Positions 11,086-23,439 of a stretch of DNA of 64,000 nucleotides are shown in pieces. Location of the stretch: the NCBI RefSeq assembly GCF_001194135.2, contig NC_069002.1, positions 17,071,423 through 17,135,422 on the forward strand, written 5' to 3'. The notes below the pieces were generated by a model. It saw only the letters and a program-made list of their open reading frames with translations. It was not told the DNA's origin and did not search any database. This DNA is from Octopus bimaculoides. Taxonomy: Eukaryota. The position numbers and the translations under genes are program-made. The first letter of the stretch is position 1. Each line of letters opens with the position of its first letter.

Positions 11086-12472
11086 GTTATATATCCTCTT
11101 TACTGCTAAAAACAATTGTTTTACAGCTAAATGTTCTTCCTACAACTAAAGACAAGCCAACCATGAAATAGTTCTTTCTTTTTTTTTCATTTTTCTTTTT
11201 TAGTTAAGGTAGCAAAAGTAGCACAGGTGGCCTTTGCAAATCATCTGAAACTGGTGGTATAAATGGCTTTGATTACCAAACCAGTAGTGCATTGAGCTCT
11301 TGAACAAAGCACTTCATTTCACATTGCTCCAGTTTACTCAGCTGTAAACAGGTAACCCTGCAACAGATTGCCATTCTGCTCAGGGTCAGTATAGGCCTGC
11401 CTGCTTAGCCAGCAGGATGGCATCATTCAAAAGCTGAAACAGTATGAGGAGCACATTGTGACCAGTGGTGTATAACAACATCTAACAGTCTGGTCAATGT
11501 TGGCACTCCGTCGCTTATGATGTCGAGGGTTCCAGTTGATCCGATCAACGGAACAGCCTGCTCGTGAAATTAACGTGCAAGTGGCTGAGCACTCCACAGA
11601 CACATGTACCCTTAACGTAGTTCTCGGGGATATTCAGCGTGACACAGTGTGACAAGGCTGACCCCTTGAATTACAGGCACAACAGAAACAGGAAGTAAGA
11701 GAAAGTTGGGGTGAAAGAGTACAGCAGGGTTCGCCACCATCCCCTGCCGGAGCCTCGTGGAGCTTTTAGGTGTTTTCGCTCAATAAACACTCACAACGCC
11801 CGGTCTNNNNNNNNNNTCGTGAAATTAACGTGCAAGTGGCTGAGCACTCCACAGACACATGTACCCTTAACGTAGTTCTCGGGGATATTCAGCGTGACAC
11901 AGTGTGACAAGGCTGACCCCTTGAATTACAGGCACAACAGAAACAGGAAGTAAGAGAAAGTTGGGGTGAAAGAGTACAGCAGGGTTCGCCACCATCCCCT
12001 GCCGGAGCCTCGTGGAGCTTTTAGGTGTTTTCGCTCAATAAACACTCACAACGCCCGGTCTGGGAATCGAAACCGCGATCCTATGACTGCGAGTCTGCTG
12101 CCTTAACCACTGGGCCATTGCGCCTCCTTGTCTGGTCAATACATTGATATTAATATGTATACATGTGTGTGTATCTGTCACCAATACTTGTGCTGTTTTC
12201 AATAAATGCATTGTTATTACAATGGTGTTCACATGTCTAAACCAATGAAACTGTATAGTAATGAGACATATTATTTACAGGTGTAAACATGTCTTTGATT
12301 CTTCTCACATAGTGACAATGTGAAGATACACAGAATCAGTCATTCACACACACACACACAAATTACTTGTGTATTACCTTTGTTTTGCTTTGATACTACA
12401 GCAGATATGTGTTGTAGTACAAGTATAGTACATTTGTATATATTTTGCTGACACATAATTAGCAATTAAATA

Positions 12473-13753
12473 TCAGGTCATTAAGAATGAAATGTCCGAT
12501 TTTCTTATGCACCAAGGTTGACAGTCATTAAATCTAATGTTTTATCCTGACAATTCCTTGTTTTACAACATTGAAGAGTTACATCATCACTTTTTGAAAT
12601 GCAATTTATGGTGTCTGGTTATATTGTGAGTTTTCTCTTCTAACTCAATTTTTGTGAACCCATGGATAGATCAAAAATTCGTGTTGTTTATGAATATAAG
12701 TTCCGTTGTGGAACCAATGCATCCCAGACAGTTCAAAACAGCAATGAGGTGTTTGGTGAAGATGTGGCGAATGAGTGCACTGTACGTCGATGGTTTGAGA
12801 AGTTCCGGTCTGGTGACTTTACTCTTGAAAATCAGCCCTGTGGTGGACCTGAGACCAAGATGGATAATGATGAGCTAGAAACTGTAGTGGAAGTGGATAC
12901 ATCTCAAACTATGCATGAGTTAGCAGTAAGGTTTGAGGTCTTGATTCCAACTGTATTGGACCATCTGAAACAAATCGGCAAGGTAAAGAAGCTAGGCAAG
13001 TGGGTACCACACGAATTGAATGAGCATCAAATGACACATTGTCTTGAAACTTGCTGTTCTTTGTCACAGCATAAAAAGCGAACAATTTTTGCATTATATT
13101 GTTATGTGTGATGAAAAATGGATTCTTTTCAACAATAGCAAGCATTCTGCACGGTGGTTGGATAGAGATGAAGAGCCAAAACACAATCCAAAAAAGAATA
13201 TTCACAAAAAAAAGCTAATGGCGTCTGTTTGGTGATCCAGCGTTGGTGTCATCCACTACAGCTTCATGAGACTTGGGAAGTCAATTATAGTGGATGCATA
13301 CATAACGAATTGGATGAAATGATGAGTGAACTTGCAATTAAACAACTGAGATTGGTCAATAGAGACAGGCCAATTCTCTTGCAAGACAATGCTTGACCAC
13401 ATGTTGCACAAAGAACGCTACTCGAGTTACAGGAACTGAACTTGGAAGTACTCTGTCATCCACCATATTCACAGGACCTTGCCCCAACTGACTATCACAT
13501 TTCCCAGGCATTAGACAACTTTTTCAAGGAAAAAACTTCAAATCTGAAGAAGATGCAAAAACAGCCTTTCATGATTTCATCACTTCTTGCTCTCCAGAAT
13601 TCTTTGCTGCCAGCATAGATAAGCTACCGATAAAATGGCAAAATTGTGTCAATCATTTAGGTACATACTTTGATTAACTGCATTGCTTTTTGTTGAGATA
13701 AAGTAAAATAAACTTTCAGTTCAAAATCAGACATTTCATTCTTAATGACCTGA
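12473..13753 (+). mobile_element. Full-length but inactivated mariner (cecropia/Hsmar1-like) transposon
   Basis: TIRs TCAGGTCATTAAGAATGAAATGTC at both ends with TA flanks, 1281 bp. Transposase motifs WVPHEL, DEKW, QDNA and HPPYSQDLAPTDY are present with frameshifts and stops. Confidence 0.95.
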
Positions 13754-13993
13754 TATAAACATTGCTTGACAAGAACCAATAAATTGGTCTTTTAAACAAA
13801 AATACCTTTAGGTATGTATATATCCTGCCTGAGTTGAACAGGCATTTCTTTGTCACTCTTAGCACAATAAATGAAGTGAAATTGGGGATCCATGGGAATC
13901 TGGAAGCAACAAAACCATCTTTCACAAGTGATGAGATATAAAATAAATAAAATATACCATACAGTGTACAAGTTAGCACAATAAGTTACGTAC

Positions 13994-14107
13994 TTCCTCT
14001 TCTGTAAAATGTGTTCTATTTTTGCATTCTTTTGACGTGCCAATATTTGTGATTCATATTCTAGAAATTTCTTCATATCTTTCTGATGTTTCTTTGGAAA
14101 ATTCTGA
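13994..14107 (-). CDS. LRRC27: LRRC27 coding exon 5 (QNFPKKHQKDMKKFLEYESQILARQKNAKIEHILQKR)
   Basis: aattttag acceptor, GTACGT donor, phase 2/2, coiled-coil-like composition. Confidence 0.78.
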
Positions 14108-14599
14108 CTAAAATTATATATAAAACAAGAAATGTATAAAATAAAACAAATTTACAAACATAAAGAGAATAGATATGAGTAGAGGATTAGACATGAATCT
14201 AAAGAGTTCTCTTTGTAACATTTGCTCAATTTCCTCTTCAAGCCTTCCCTATCAGCCATCATTTCTGATCCCTTCATTACCTTCTTAATTGCAGTTTCAA
14301 CAGCTGTCTGTGGGGATGAGATGAACCAAGAGAAAAGGGTCAGTAATGCCAATGGCTGAGGGGCCCTACCAGAAGAGAATGAATGAGTGGGGTCATTTGG
14401 ACAGAAGTAGGACTAGCGTGGGTCTCTCCACTTCAGGGCGGTCATAGCAGACAGACATACAGACATATCCTATCCTATCCTATATTCCATATCCTCATCA
14501 TCATTTTATCTCTACTTTTCAATGTTGGCGTAAGTTTGATGGCCAAATAGAAACTGAGCCAGTTCTTGTTCAGAATTACTGAGTTAGAATTTATGTTAA

Positions 14600-14819
14600 C
14601 CCTTTAGCATTCAGCTTACTCTGTCAAGTGTAAAGCTTATTTATTCATATTAATTTGAATCTATTATGCATTTTCCCATAGCTTTGATATTCTAATGATG
14701 TGATTAATTACTTTTAGAATGAGATTACAGGGGAAATATGAGAGGTTGAGTCTTGCCAGTTCAAACATAAAACAGGTAGATTGTTTTGGTCAGACATGAC
14801 TAGTTTAACTGCTAAAGTG
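14600..14819. mobile_element. piggyBac-type MITE
   Basis: TTAA|CCCTTTAGCA ... TGCTAAAGTG|TTAG ends, non-coding. Confidence 0.6.
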
Positions 14820-15399
14820 TTAGAGACAATTCTACATTTGCAGAGATCTGTGACTTATCTCTCCTTGGTGAATCAATACAAATTAATGATAATGGTAATA
14901 TTGTCAGTTAGTGTTTCATCAGTTGGCTACATAACATGTCCAAGAGAGATATTCATGATAAATGAAAGGATCATCAGACAACCAAAATACACACTTGTTG
15001 CCCTTTTTGGAAGTGTTTGCCTCCACTTATAGGAACACACTTATGTAAATGTGAAGGCACGTGGCCTGGTGGTTAGGCTGCTGCACTCATGATTGCTAGA
15101 TTGTGGGTTCGATTCCTAGACTGGGTGGCACATTGTGTTCTTGAGCAAAATACTTTATTTCACATTGCACCAGTCCCCCTTTCGATCAGGTGGGATTGTT
15201 GTCCCTGCTCACCTAGCCAGTGGGGTTGTGTCATTTGAAGGCTAAAACAATGCAAAAGTACACTGTGACCAGTGATGTGTAACAACATCTGATAGCCTGA
15301 TCAGTCATGTGATCAAGTGACCTATGTAAATGTATACACCTATGATGATGATGCCGGTATTGGTTTTCTTGTGATCATTGCTTTTTCTATTTTTGATAT

Positions 15400-15830
15400 T
15401 TGGTGAGGTAGACCCAGGAAGATATGGGATAAGGTGGTGAAGCATGATCTTCGAATGTTGGGCCTCACAGAGGCAATGACAAGTGACTGAGACCTTTGGC
15501 AATATGTCATGCTTGAGAAGACTCATCAAGCCAACTGAAATTGTAGTTGTGGCTGATGCTGGTGTCCCGTAACTGGCACCCATGCCAGTGGCACATAATA
15601 GCACCTGTGTTGGTGACATGTAACTGGCACCCGTGGTGGTGTCACATAACTGGCACCCATGCCAGTGACATGAAAAAAGCACCCATTACACTCTTGGAGT
15701 GGTTGGCATTAAGAAAGGGCATCCAGCCGTAGAAGCCATGCCAAATCAGACTGGAACTTGGTGCAGCTCTCTGGCTTACCAGTTCCAGTCAAACCACCTA
15801 ACCCATGCTGGCATGGAAAGCAGATGCTAA
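15400..15830 (+). mobile_element. RTE LINE 3' end joined to its abundant 3' tail
   Basis: GRPRKIWDKVVKHDLRMLGLTEAMTSD.DLW.Y is followed by the tail ending ...GACG(T)TAAATGATGATGAT. The same tail recurs at about 1490, 2430, 28030, 32080, 32750, 57640 and 62660. Confidence 0.75.
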
Positions 15831-15910
15831 ATGATGATGATGATGGTGATGGTGATGGTGATGGTGATGGTGGTGATGATGATGATGATGATGATGATGA
15901 TGAGGATGAT
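15828..15910. repeat. (GAT)n/(GGT)n microsatellite
   Basis: Seen directly; it is also the RTE tail end. Confidence 0.95.
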
Positions 15911-15942
15911 GTGGTTTGTGCTTTCCCTCTTATCATTTTAAC

Positions 15943-16264
15943 CTTTGTAACTCTGAATTCTGCTCCATATTGGCATTCATCTCCTCTTTCAGGTCACTCT
16001 GATGAAATGACTGCTGCTGCTGCTGCTGCAGATCTTGTCGCTGCTGCTGCTGCTGTTGTTGTTGTTGTTGTTGTTGTCGTCGGTGTTGTTGTTGTTGTTG
16101 CTGCTGCTGCTGGTACTCTTGTTGTTGGTGCTGCTCTTTGAGACCAATCTCATGGACCCTACTCTTTGACTTGACATTCTCCTCCTCCTTCTGCTCCTTA
16201 CAATCATCTTCAACACCAATTTTCAAGGCAGTTTCTTCCACAGCTTCCCCGGATTGCTTGGAAG
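15943..16264 (-). CDS. LRRC27: LRRC27 coding exon 4 (acidic/charged linker with polyQ tracts)
   Basis: ttttgtcag acceptor in phase 1, open frame through the CAG/CAA tracts, donor GTTAAA (weak) in phase 2 matching the next exon. There is no sequence similarity support, only phase continuity. Confidence 0.7.
16009..16136 (-). repeat. Coding CAG/CAA microsatellite (about 32 Gln in 41 residues)
   Basis: Direct translation of LRRC27 exon 4. Confidence 0.85.
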
Positions 16265-16829
16265 CTGACAAAACAAGAGAATAACATTGTTGTTGATGTT
16301 GCTACATTTTTCTTTTTTTTGTACATTTATTCATATCTTCAAATATAGACGTTTTCTTAATTTTTTTTTCCCAGCCTTTTGATGAGGACTAAATAAGTTA
16401 TGCCTTTGATCTTTCCAAGCCCTTCTCCTAATTGATAAGAGTGATGTGACTGATGTTCAGGTAAAACTCTTTCGACTAACACTGCTGGTCAATCAGTCAT
16501 TTCCCCTGCTTATTGCTCCATTCATCTAATTAAAGAAATATACATACACGTGGAACCTAAAAAGACACAAAAATGTAAGCCTATAGACTTAACAAACATT
16601 TTTCCTTTTTTCCTTCTTTTTTTCCCTTTTCTCCTATCTATATTCCTCCAATAAACTCTAAATCATTCTGACAATGTTTGTTAAATGGAACAAGATAAAT
16701 GCAAACTTACTTCGAAATAACAAACTGAAACAGCTGTAAATGTTCTGGAACTACAATTAACCTATGACCTTTTAATACCAATGATCAGCTTCTAATTGTT
16801 AATTGTTGCTCCATTTCTTTCTTATCTAT

Positions 16830-16903
<74 letters not shown>

Positions 16904-16949
16904 ATACACACACACATACACATAAATACACATACATACATACTATATC

Positions 16950-17850
16950 ACTTCCATGATGAATTTCCAGACATTAAAGGTGGACTATATATAGATGATG
17001 CACTATTTTTGATTAATAGTCAATACAACAGAATAACAAACCTATATATGAAAAAATTCCATAACTTTAAAAAAGATTTGGTATATCTATCTCTATAGAA
17101 AATTAACATGATTCAGTTAATTACCTGGATGTTAATCTGAACCTTGTTACTGGCCTATACAGTCCATATCATAAACCCAACAATAATTTGAAATATATCA
17201 ACTTTCATAGTAACCATCCTAAAGTGATCACAAGAACTTTGGTTAATAATATTTCATGACGTGTTTCTTATTTATCCTCTAATAAGGAAATCTTAATAAT
17301 AATGCCAAATATTATAATAAAGCCCTGAAAAAAGCAGAATATTTGAATAAAATAATATATTGTAATAAGAATGGGAACTGCAATAAATCTTATTATAATA
17401 ATGAAAAATTGGTTGACAACGAAGTGAGTGGATATAATAGTAGAAATGTATCCAATTTATTCCTAAGTAGCAATGATATGATTAACAATAGTGATAATAT
17501 TAATAGGAACAAGCATAGTAAATATATCCTGTATAAAAATAGATATATAAATAGACTTAAGTCTAAGGATAATAAGTATACGCCATATGCCAACCCAGAT
17601 ACACCTAATAATGTTAACTACAATAAAGATAATTATATTTGGTTTATCATTCCTTAAGTACGGCAAATAAAGACGAATTTGGTCAAGCTTTTTTACAGAT
17701 CTATATCTAAGCACTTTAATAAAGAACATAAATATAATAAAATAATTAATAATAAAAGGATTAGAATAGGTTTTTCAGAATCTAAAAATTTGTTTAGAAG
17801 TATGACTTCCTTTAATAATGGATTAGACAATTTTTACAATAATAGAAATA
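16950..17850 (+). mobile_element. Very AT-rich Naiad-type Penelope-like RT fragment
   Basis: GLYIDDALFL, KPNNNLKYINFHSNHP, YIWFIIP and RIRIGFS...N remnants colinear with the 54290 element. Confidence 0.72.
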
Positions 17851-18247
17851 AGTAATACTAAGAGTTCTTATATATTATCAATATAATAGTTTATTATCAT
17901 TTATATTTTTTTTACATGTTTTATTACAGTCTCTAGATTAAGTAAGATCCTGATACTTAATTTATATGCCTATGTATTGTTGTTGTATGTTATTATAATA
18001 GCCAAAGATTGTCTTCAACCTAAACAAGTTTGGGTTAATATTATTTGAGTTATATAGAAATATATATCAATAGTTTAGATTCTATTTACTTAATTATTTT
18101 GTCTGTTATAATTTTGTTATATTTTCATTGTAATTGTAATTGTAGCTGAAACGTTAACGCTCATGCTCATAATACATAGCCATTTGAATTAATTTTTTTA
18201 CCATCCAGCCATCCTCTCACATGGAATTTCGTCCGTCTGTAAACGAT

Positions 18248-18319
18248 AGCTCTGATGAGACATATATAAGTGAATTGAATTGTTTATAAATTAAATAATG
18301 TTGAAACAAATTGTTGGCT
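18248..18319 (+). ncRNA. Type I hammerhead-like motif downstream of the AT-rich PLE
   Basis: AGCT-CTGATGA-GACAT..ATGTT-GAAAC-AAATT-GTT-GGCT. Confidence 0.55.
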
Positions 18320-18480
18320 CTTTTGGTTTTTTTAAAGTTTTTTATATATGTATTATATTCATAGTATATTATAATATGAATAAATTATTGGATTGTCAAT
18401 TGTATCTCTCTATTTAATTTATTGTTCATATATGCATATATATATATATATATATATATATAAACACACACACATACATA

Positions 18481-18696
18481 TCAGGTCATTAAGAATGAAA
18501 TGTCCAATTTTGAACTGAAAGTTTATTTTACTTTATCTCAACAAAAAGCAATGCAGTTAATCAAAGTATGCACCTAAATGATCGACACAATTTTGCTATT
18601 TTATCGGTAGCTTATTTATGCCAGTTGCAAAGAATTCTGGAGAGCAAGAGGTGATGAAATCATGAAAGGCTGTTTTTGCCTCTTCAGATTTGAAGT
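18481..18696 (-). mobile_element. 3' end fragment of the same mariner family, inverted
   Basis: Reverse complement of 13535-13753 (about a dozen mismatches by eye), including the TIR and TA. Confidence 0.9.
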
Positions 18697-18938
18697 GCGT
18701 GCGTGACAGAAACTAGGTAGAGAAGAACTGTCAGATAGATTGTAATACACTATAATATGCTGATTCTGCCTGAAAATTACATTAAGGGTACAAAGTTTCT
18801 GTAGGATATCTGACCACTTACATATTAATTCAAGGAACAAGTAATTTATTTGAATGAACAATGAATATGCTTGTCGAAACTGATGGAGTTTCATTACTTT
18901 ATGAATGAGAAAAAGTATATAAAACTCTACAAACAGAC

Positions 18939-19070
18939 CTTGTGTTTGCTCTTGATATTTCTCCCTTAAGTATTTCAGTATTTCTTCAACTCCTTGCTCT
19001 ACAATATGTTCTGGGGGCATCTCCAAGGGATTGTCTCTGACATTAAGTCCATGCAATGTATGGACATAAC
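18939..19070 (-). CDS. LRRC27: LRRC27 coding exon 3 (YVHTLHGLNVRDNPLEMPPEHIVEQGVEEILKYLREK; LRR cap)
   Basis: ttcaatag acceptor, phase 1/1, donor GTCTGT. Matches the LRR C-cap pattern L.LN.R..PLE.PP..IV..G...I..YL. Confidence 0.88.
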
Positions 19071-19531
19071 CTATTGAAATACAAGGTAAAATAAATATTA
19101 TTTATATACATACATATACATGCTGATAGCTTGATAATAATGGTGAAACTGAGAAAAACTAATTAATGTTCATAAAGAACTTTGAAAGAAATTTAGCCCA
19201 GATAAAGGACTATTATAAGGAGGCTCATGATCATAAGGTTTTATTTTCCTTTCCTGGACTGGATGGCTTGTGTCTTTCAGAAAGATATTTTGTGTTGTTC
19301 CAGTCTACTGAGCAAAAAATTAATACTATTCAAGTACTGGTGCAGCCTTCTCTACATCTGGTTGATGTTCCACTGGGTCAAAATGTGTGAGAGTTGAGAG
19401 ACAATCTTTGTCAGCTCATGACTACAGTTAGTGAAGGTATGGTACATGTGATCAAGTCATACTCATCCTAACAGTTGCACTTGCCTGGAGGTAGTAGAGC
19501 TTTCAGCTTAGTGTAAACAGATACAGGTACA

Positions 19532-19571
<40 letters not shown>

Positions 19572-19733
19572 NNNNNNNNNNNNNNNNNNNNATTGTGGAT
19601 CCTAACATGTCTTTTAAGACCCCCATTGGATTTTCAAGCCCTCTGGCACTCACCACATTCAAACGTGAGCACAGACATATAATCAGAATAGCTGGTTGAA
19701 GTTTGTTTTACACACACACACACACATACTTAC

Positions 19734-19926
19734 CTAACTCTATTGGTAGTTCTATTATGTTGTTACCTTCCAGCAGTAGACAATGCAAGCTGTAACACTT
19801 GTCAATATCTCGACCAGGGAGTGAAGTGAGGTTGTTGTAGCGAAGGTCAAGCCACTGTAGTGCTGGGAAGTGATTGAAGAAATGGTCTGGCAGCTGGCAG
19901 AGTTTGTTATTCGCCAAGTACAAGTG
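19734..19926 (-). CDS. LRRC27: LRRC27 coding exon 2 (LRR repeats HLYLANNKLCQLP...LQWLDLRYNNLTSLP...LLLEGNNIIELPIELG)
   Basis: ttccccag acceptor and GTAAGT donor. The translation closely resembles the human LRRC27 stretch LTWLDLRYNRIKALP...LLLERNPIKMLPVELG (recalled). Confidence 0.92.
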
Positions 19927-20190
19927 CTGGGGAATAGAAAAATGAAAAAAAAAGTGTTATTTTTTTTTATATATATTTTACTTAATTCAGTCATTAGACT
20001 GTGGCCATGCTGAGGCCTTGAATTTTTGTCAAACAAATCAACCCCAGTACCTAATTTATTAAGCATAGTACTTATTCTGTTGATCTCTTTTGCTGAACCA
20101 CTAAGTTAAGGGGACGCAAACACACCAACACAAGGTGTCAAGTGGTGGGGTTGACAAACACAGATACAAAGACACACACATATATGTGTG

Positions 20191-20248
<58 letters not shown>

Positions 20249-22218
20249 ACAGGCCTCTTTCAGTTTCCATCTACCAAATCCACTCACAAGGCTTTGGTTG
20301 GCCTGGAGCTATAGTAGAAGACACTTGCCCAAGCTGCCATGCATTGGGAATTACGTGATTAGGAAGCAAGCTTCTTACCACACAGCACAGTCAGCATTTT
20401 CTCATTAATTATATAAGGTACCATATATCATCATCACCACTCTAATGCCCATTGTTGTTGTTTATATTTCATAACCTCAAGTCCAGTATGGCTATAGCCA
20501 AATGTATTCTAGCCATGATCATCTTGTTTTTTGCTTCAGACCTAGCGTACCCTGAACTATAACATTCAATGTATCTCTTTTTGAATCTGGTATACTGTGG
20601 TTAGAAGGAGATTTGGCTGCTACTTCTAACAGATTGAGCAACCATGTAGAAGCTTTTCTACTGGCACATTGCAAGCTACCATTAATAGAGCGTTGGGTGA
20701 TAGAATATAGCACAGTGTAGTAAATTTCTTTAAATTGTACCACAGTATGCTACATCACAATATACCACATCATATCACTCCACATCATTATACTAATGAG
20801 GAAATTCCTAATATTTTCACAATTATACATTATATACTGCAGCCTTTTAAAATTATGAACACAGCTCGCAAACCTCAATTTTTGTCTTTGTAGAAACCCT
20901 GGAATCTGCAGACCGCAGGCTAGGATCTCCAGCTCAGTCACTTGACTTGCTAGAAAGAACAGCTAAATCTCCTTCATTTCACACATTACTATCTAAAAAA
21001 GTACTGCTAAATATATAACAGCAATGTACTGCTAAATATATAACAGCATAAAGACAAAGCAAAAATGTGGGATGTCCATAGGTGGAATGTCTATGAATCA
21101 TAAGTGTGTTTCATCAAGATTGAGTTGACATAAACAACAACATCACATTCACATGCTGTATAAATACATAAGCCAAAACAGGAACCTTTATGCAATCACT
21201 TATAAAAAAACAAAATCCTCCAAAAGCAATCAGTTACATAGTTTGACAGAAGTAGTATGCAAGTAGTAGGTGTAGACATCTGTGTGAGTTTAAAACTGTG
21301 TTCCTGCACTAATCACTACACTGGGGCAATGCCCCTTCCTCTACACCCAGGAAGTAAAAAGAAAAGTTCTGTTCTATCACTTCTAGTTGTCAATTACACC
21401 ACTTTGTTGACCAGCTCTGCATCAATCCAATTCAAGTAGACAGATATTATATCAATGTCATTCCAGTCATGACCTAACAAAAGTCTTTGTAGGGGTATAT
21501 AGAACTTATATTATTTGATAGTATTTTTCATGGGAAGCTGGAACTATGTGGATTAAAAAAGAGGCAAACTGCCATGCTTACTTAAATTGAGATGGTTTTA
21601 TTTTAGGAAAAACTTATCTGCATAAATCTTTGAAATCAAGAGATTGCAAAGAAAAATCAGTTTTATGGATGTCGGCTCATCACATGCATATACATACATT
21701 TAGGGTTTCAGGACTGATCACCAATCCTTTCTTGGTCCTTCAACTCCTGCTGAAGCCATAGGTGAGCTGTCATGTCATACAGCAGGTCTTGAGTACTTTA
21801 AACCTAGAGGAGCACATCCCTCCCTAGACCTAAACACAGTCAATAATCTCTTCAAGAGAAAAAGTGTAAAAGTGAGAGAGGAAAAATTGACCCCAGTACT
21901 GGACTAATACTTTAATCTTCTTCTCCCTACTTTCTTATACCTACAATCATATAAACTACAACAGCGAGGAGCCTCTGTGTGGTGGCTCATTTAGCTAGAA
22001 ATTGCAGATAAATCTTCCTCATGGCACTGAAAATCAAAGTAAAAATTGGAAAATGAAAAAAACACGTTGAACAATGGTGTTTTTTGATAAACTGAAGGAT
22101 AAAGGACATGGAATGGTCATGACTAGAATGGTTTTCATCATTGATCAGTTCTATCAACATCAAAAACATATAACAAAAGCAAAGCTAACAAAATGAAAGT
22201 AAATTTAAGTCAACACAC

Positions 22219-22578
22219 CACAAGGTTGTTTAGAGACATCACACTGTTAGGAATATTGGTCAGCATTTTGGAGCTGAGATCAAGTAAAGTCAGATGGCTT
22301 GAGAAAACCTCTTCATTAAACATATCTCCATTTTCTGGCTCTGTATATGGGACATTGTTTCCAAAGTTTGGGGGCCCATCAAAACTTTTTATGGAATCAA
22401 TCCCAGCTGAATTCCTGACAGTACCATTTTTTCCAGGCATCACATTGAACAAATGGTGACTGGTGACAGGTCTCACTTCATCGTTTTGCGTGTGGTTGCT
22501 ACGAGGGACATCTTTTTCATTGGCCAGGGTAAGTGGTGGCAGGTCAGAGTTCATGAGGTTACTATTTGAGTCTTTCAT
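22219..22578 (-). CDS. LRRC27: LRRC27 coding exon 1 (ATG; MKDSNSN...LDLSSKMLTNIPNSVMSLNNLV)
   Basis: Upstream acceptor ccatttcag (AG at 22602-22603), ATG at 22578, first LRR start (LDLSSKML), donor GTGTGT at 22218; phase 0 joins HLYLANNKL in the next exon. The start codon is inferred. Confidence 0.8.
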
Positions 22579-23298
22579 CACATGTAGTGGCAAGCAACAC
22601 ACTGAAATGGTCAATGAATTTTCCAATGCATGTGTGTGTGTGAAAGATTGTATGTGCAGTGACACTGAGCGAAATGTGTGTGTGTGTGTGTGTGTGTGTG
22701 TCTGTGTTTGTGTATGTGTGTGTGCGTGCGTGCACACGTGAGTACAACTGTATATATATGTATGTATCGCTAGCTATATCTATCTGTTGATCTATTTAAG
22801 ATAAAATTCATGTGTGTTTATTTATGTATGTTTGAAAATTGTGTGCATATTTATGATTATGTAAGATTGTATAAAAATTTGTAAAATAATGTAACTGTAT
22901 ACGCATATAAGCGTATGTATACGTGTATAAATGTTATGTCTGCGCAAGTGAAGATATATGTGCTAATACAAGTGTGTATGTTTACAGTATTGTATCAACA
23001 TGTATGCGTTTGTATTTATATATGTGAAGGTAGCCATAAATATGTGTATAGAAAACACACAGTTATCGGAGGAGTGCGTTTGGGTAGTATACTGTTATAT
23101 TCAAATGCTGATGTTTTACTAGCATACACATAGAAACATATATGCATGTATTATGTATATATATATATATATATATATATGTTGAAGAGCGTAGCTCGAA
23201 ACGTCAAAGACTTTCCGTATTCCTGAGCGTCATACTAATATATACTTTTGTTATTTACACCACCTGTCCTCGTCTGTTGTTATTATTTGTATATTCTC

Positions 23299-23337
<39 letters not shown>

Positions 23338-23439
23338 CGTAAGCAGACTTATCTATTCACGTGTATATATATGTGTGTGTATTAAGTGTATATATATGCA
23401 TGTAAACATAGGTGAAAGTTTACACTAATTAAGTGAAGA

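Noticed and set aside
11566-12056. Exact tandem duplication of a SINE body
   Set aside because: The two identical copies flank a 10-N gap, which is typical of an unmerged contig overlap. The same pattern appears at the gaps near 31620 and 61340.
14152-14352. ORF TAVETAIKKVMKG... as an extra LRRC27 exon
   Set aside because: It is not needed for frame continuity, and its apparent acceptor (CTCATCCCCACAG) is shared with the repeat relic near 3520.
16375-16460. Plus-strand exon-like segment with a strong acceptor and GTAAAA donor, antisense to LRRC27
   Set aside because: Stops occur in all three frames and there are no linked exons. It cannot be supported without RNA data.
19166-19437. Protein-like plus-strand frame (MFIKNFERNL...GQNV*ELRDNL...) ending at a GTATGG donor
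   Set aside because: It has an internal stop, no recognisable domain, and no phase-consistent partner exons.
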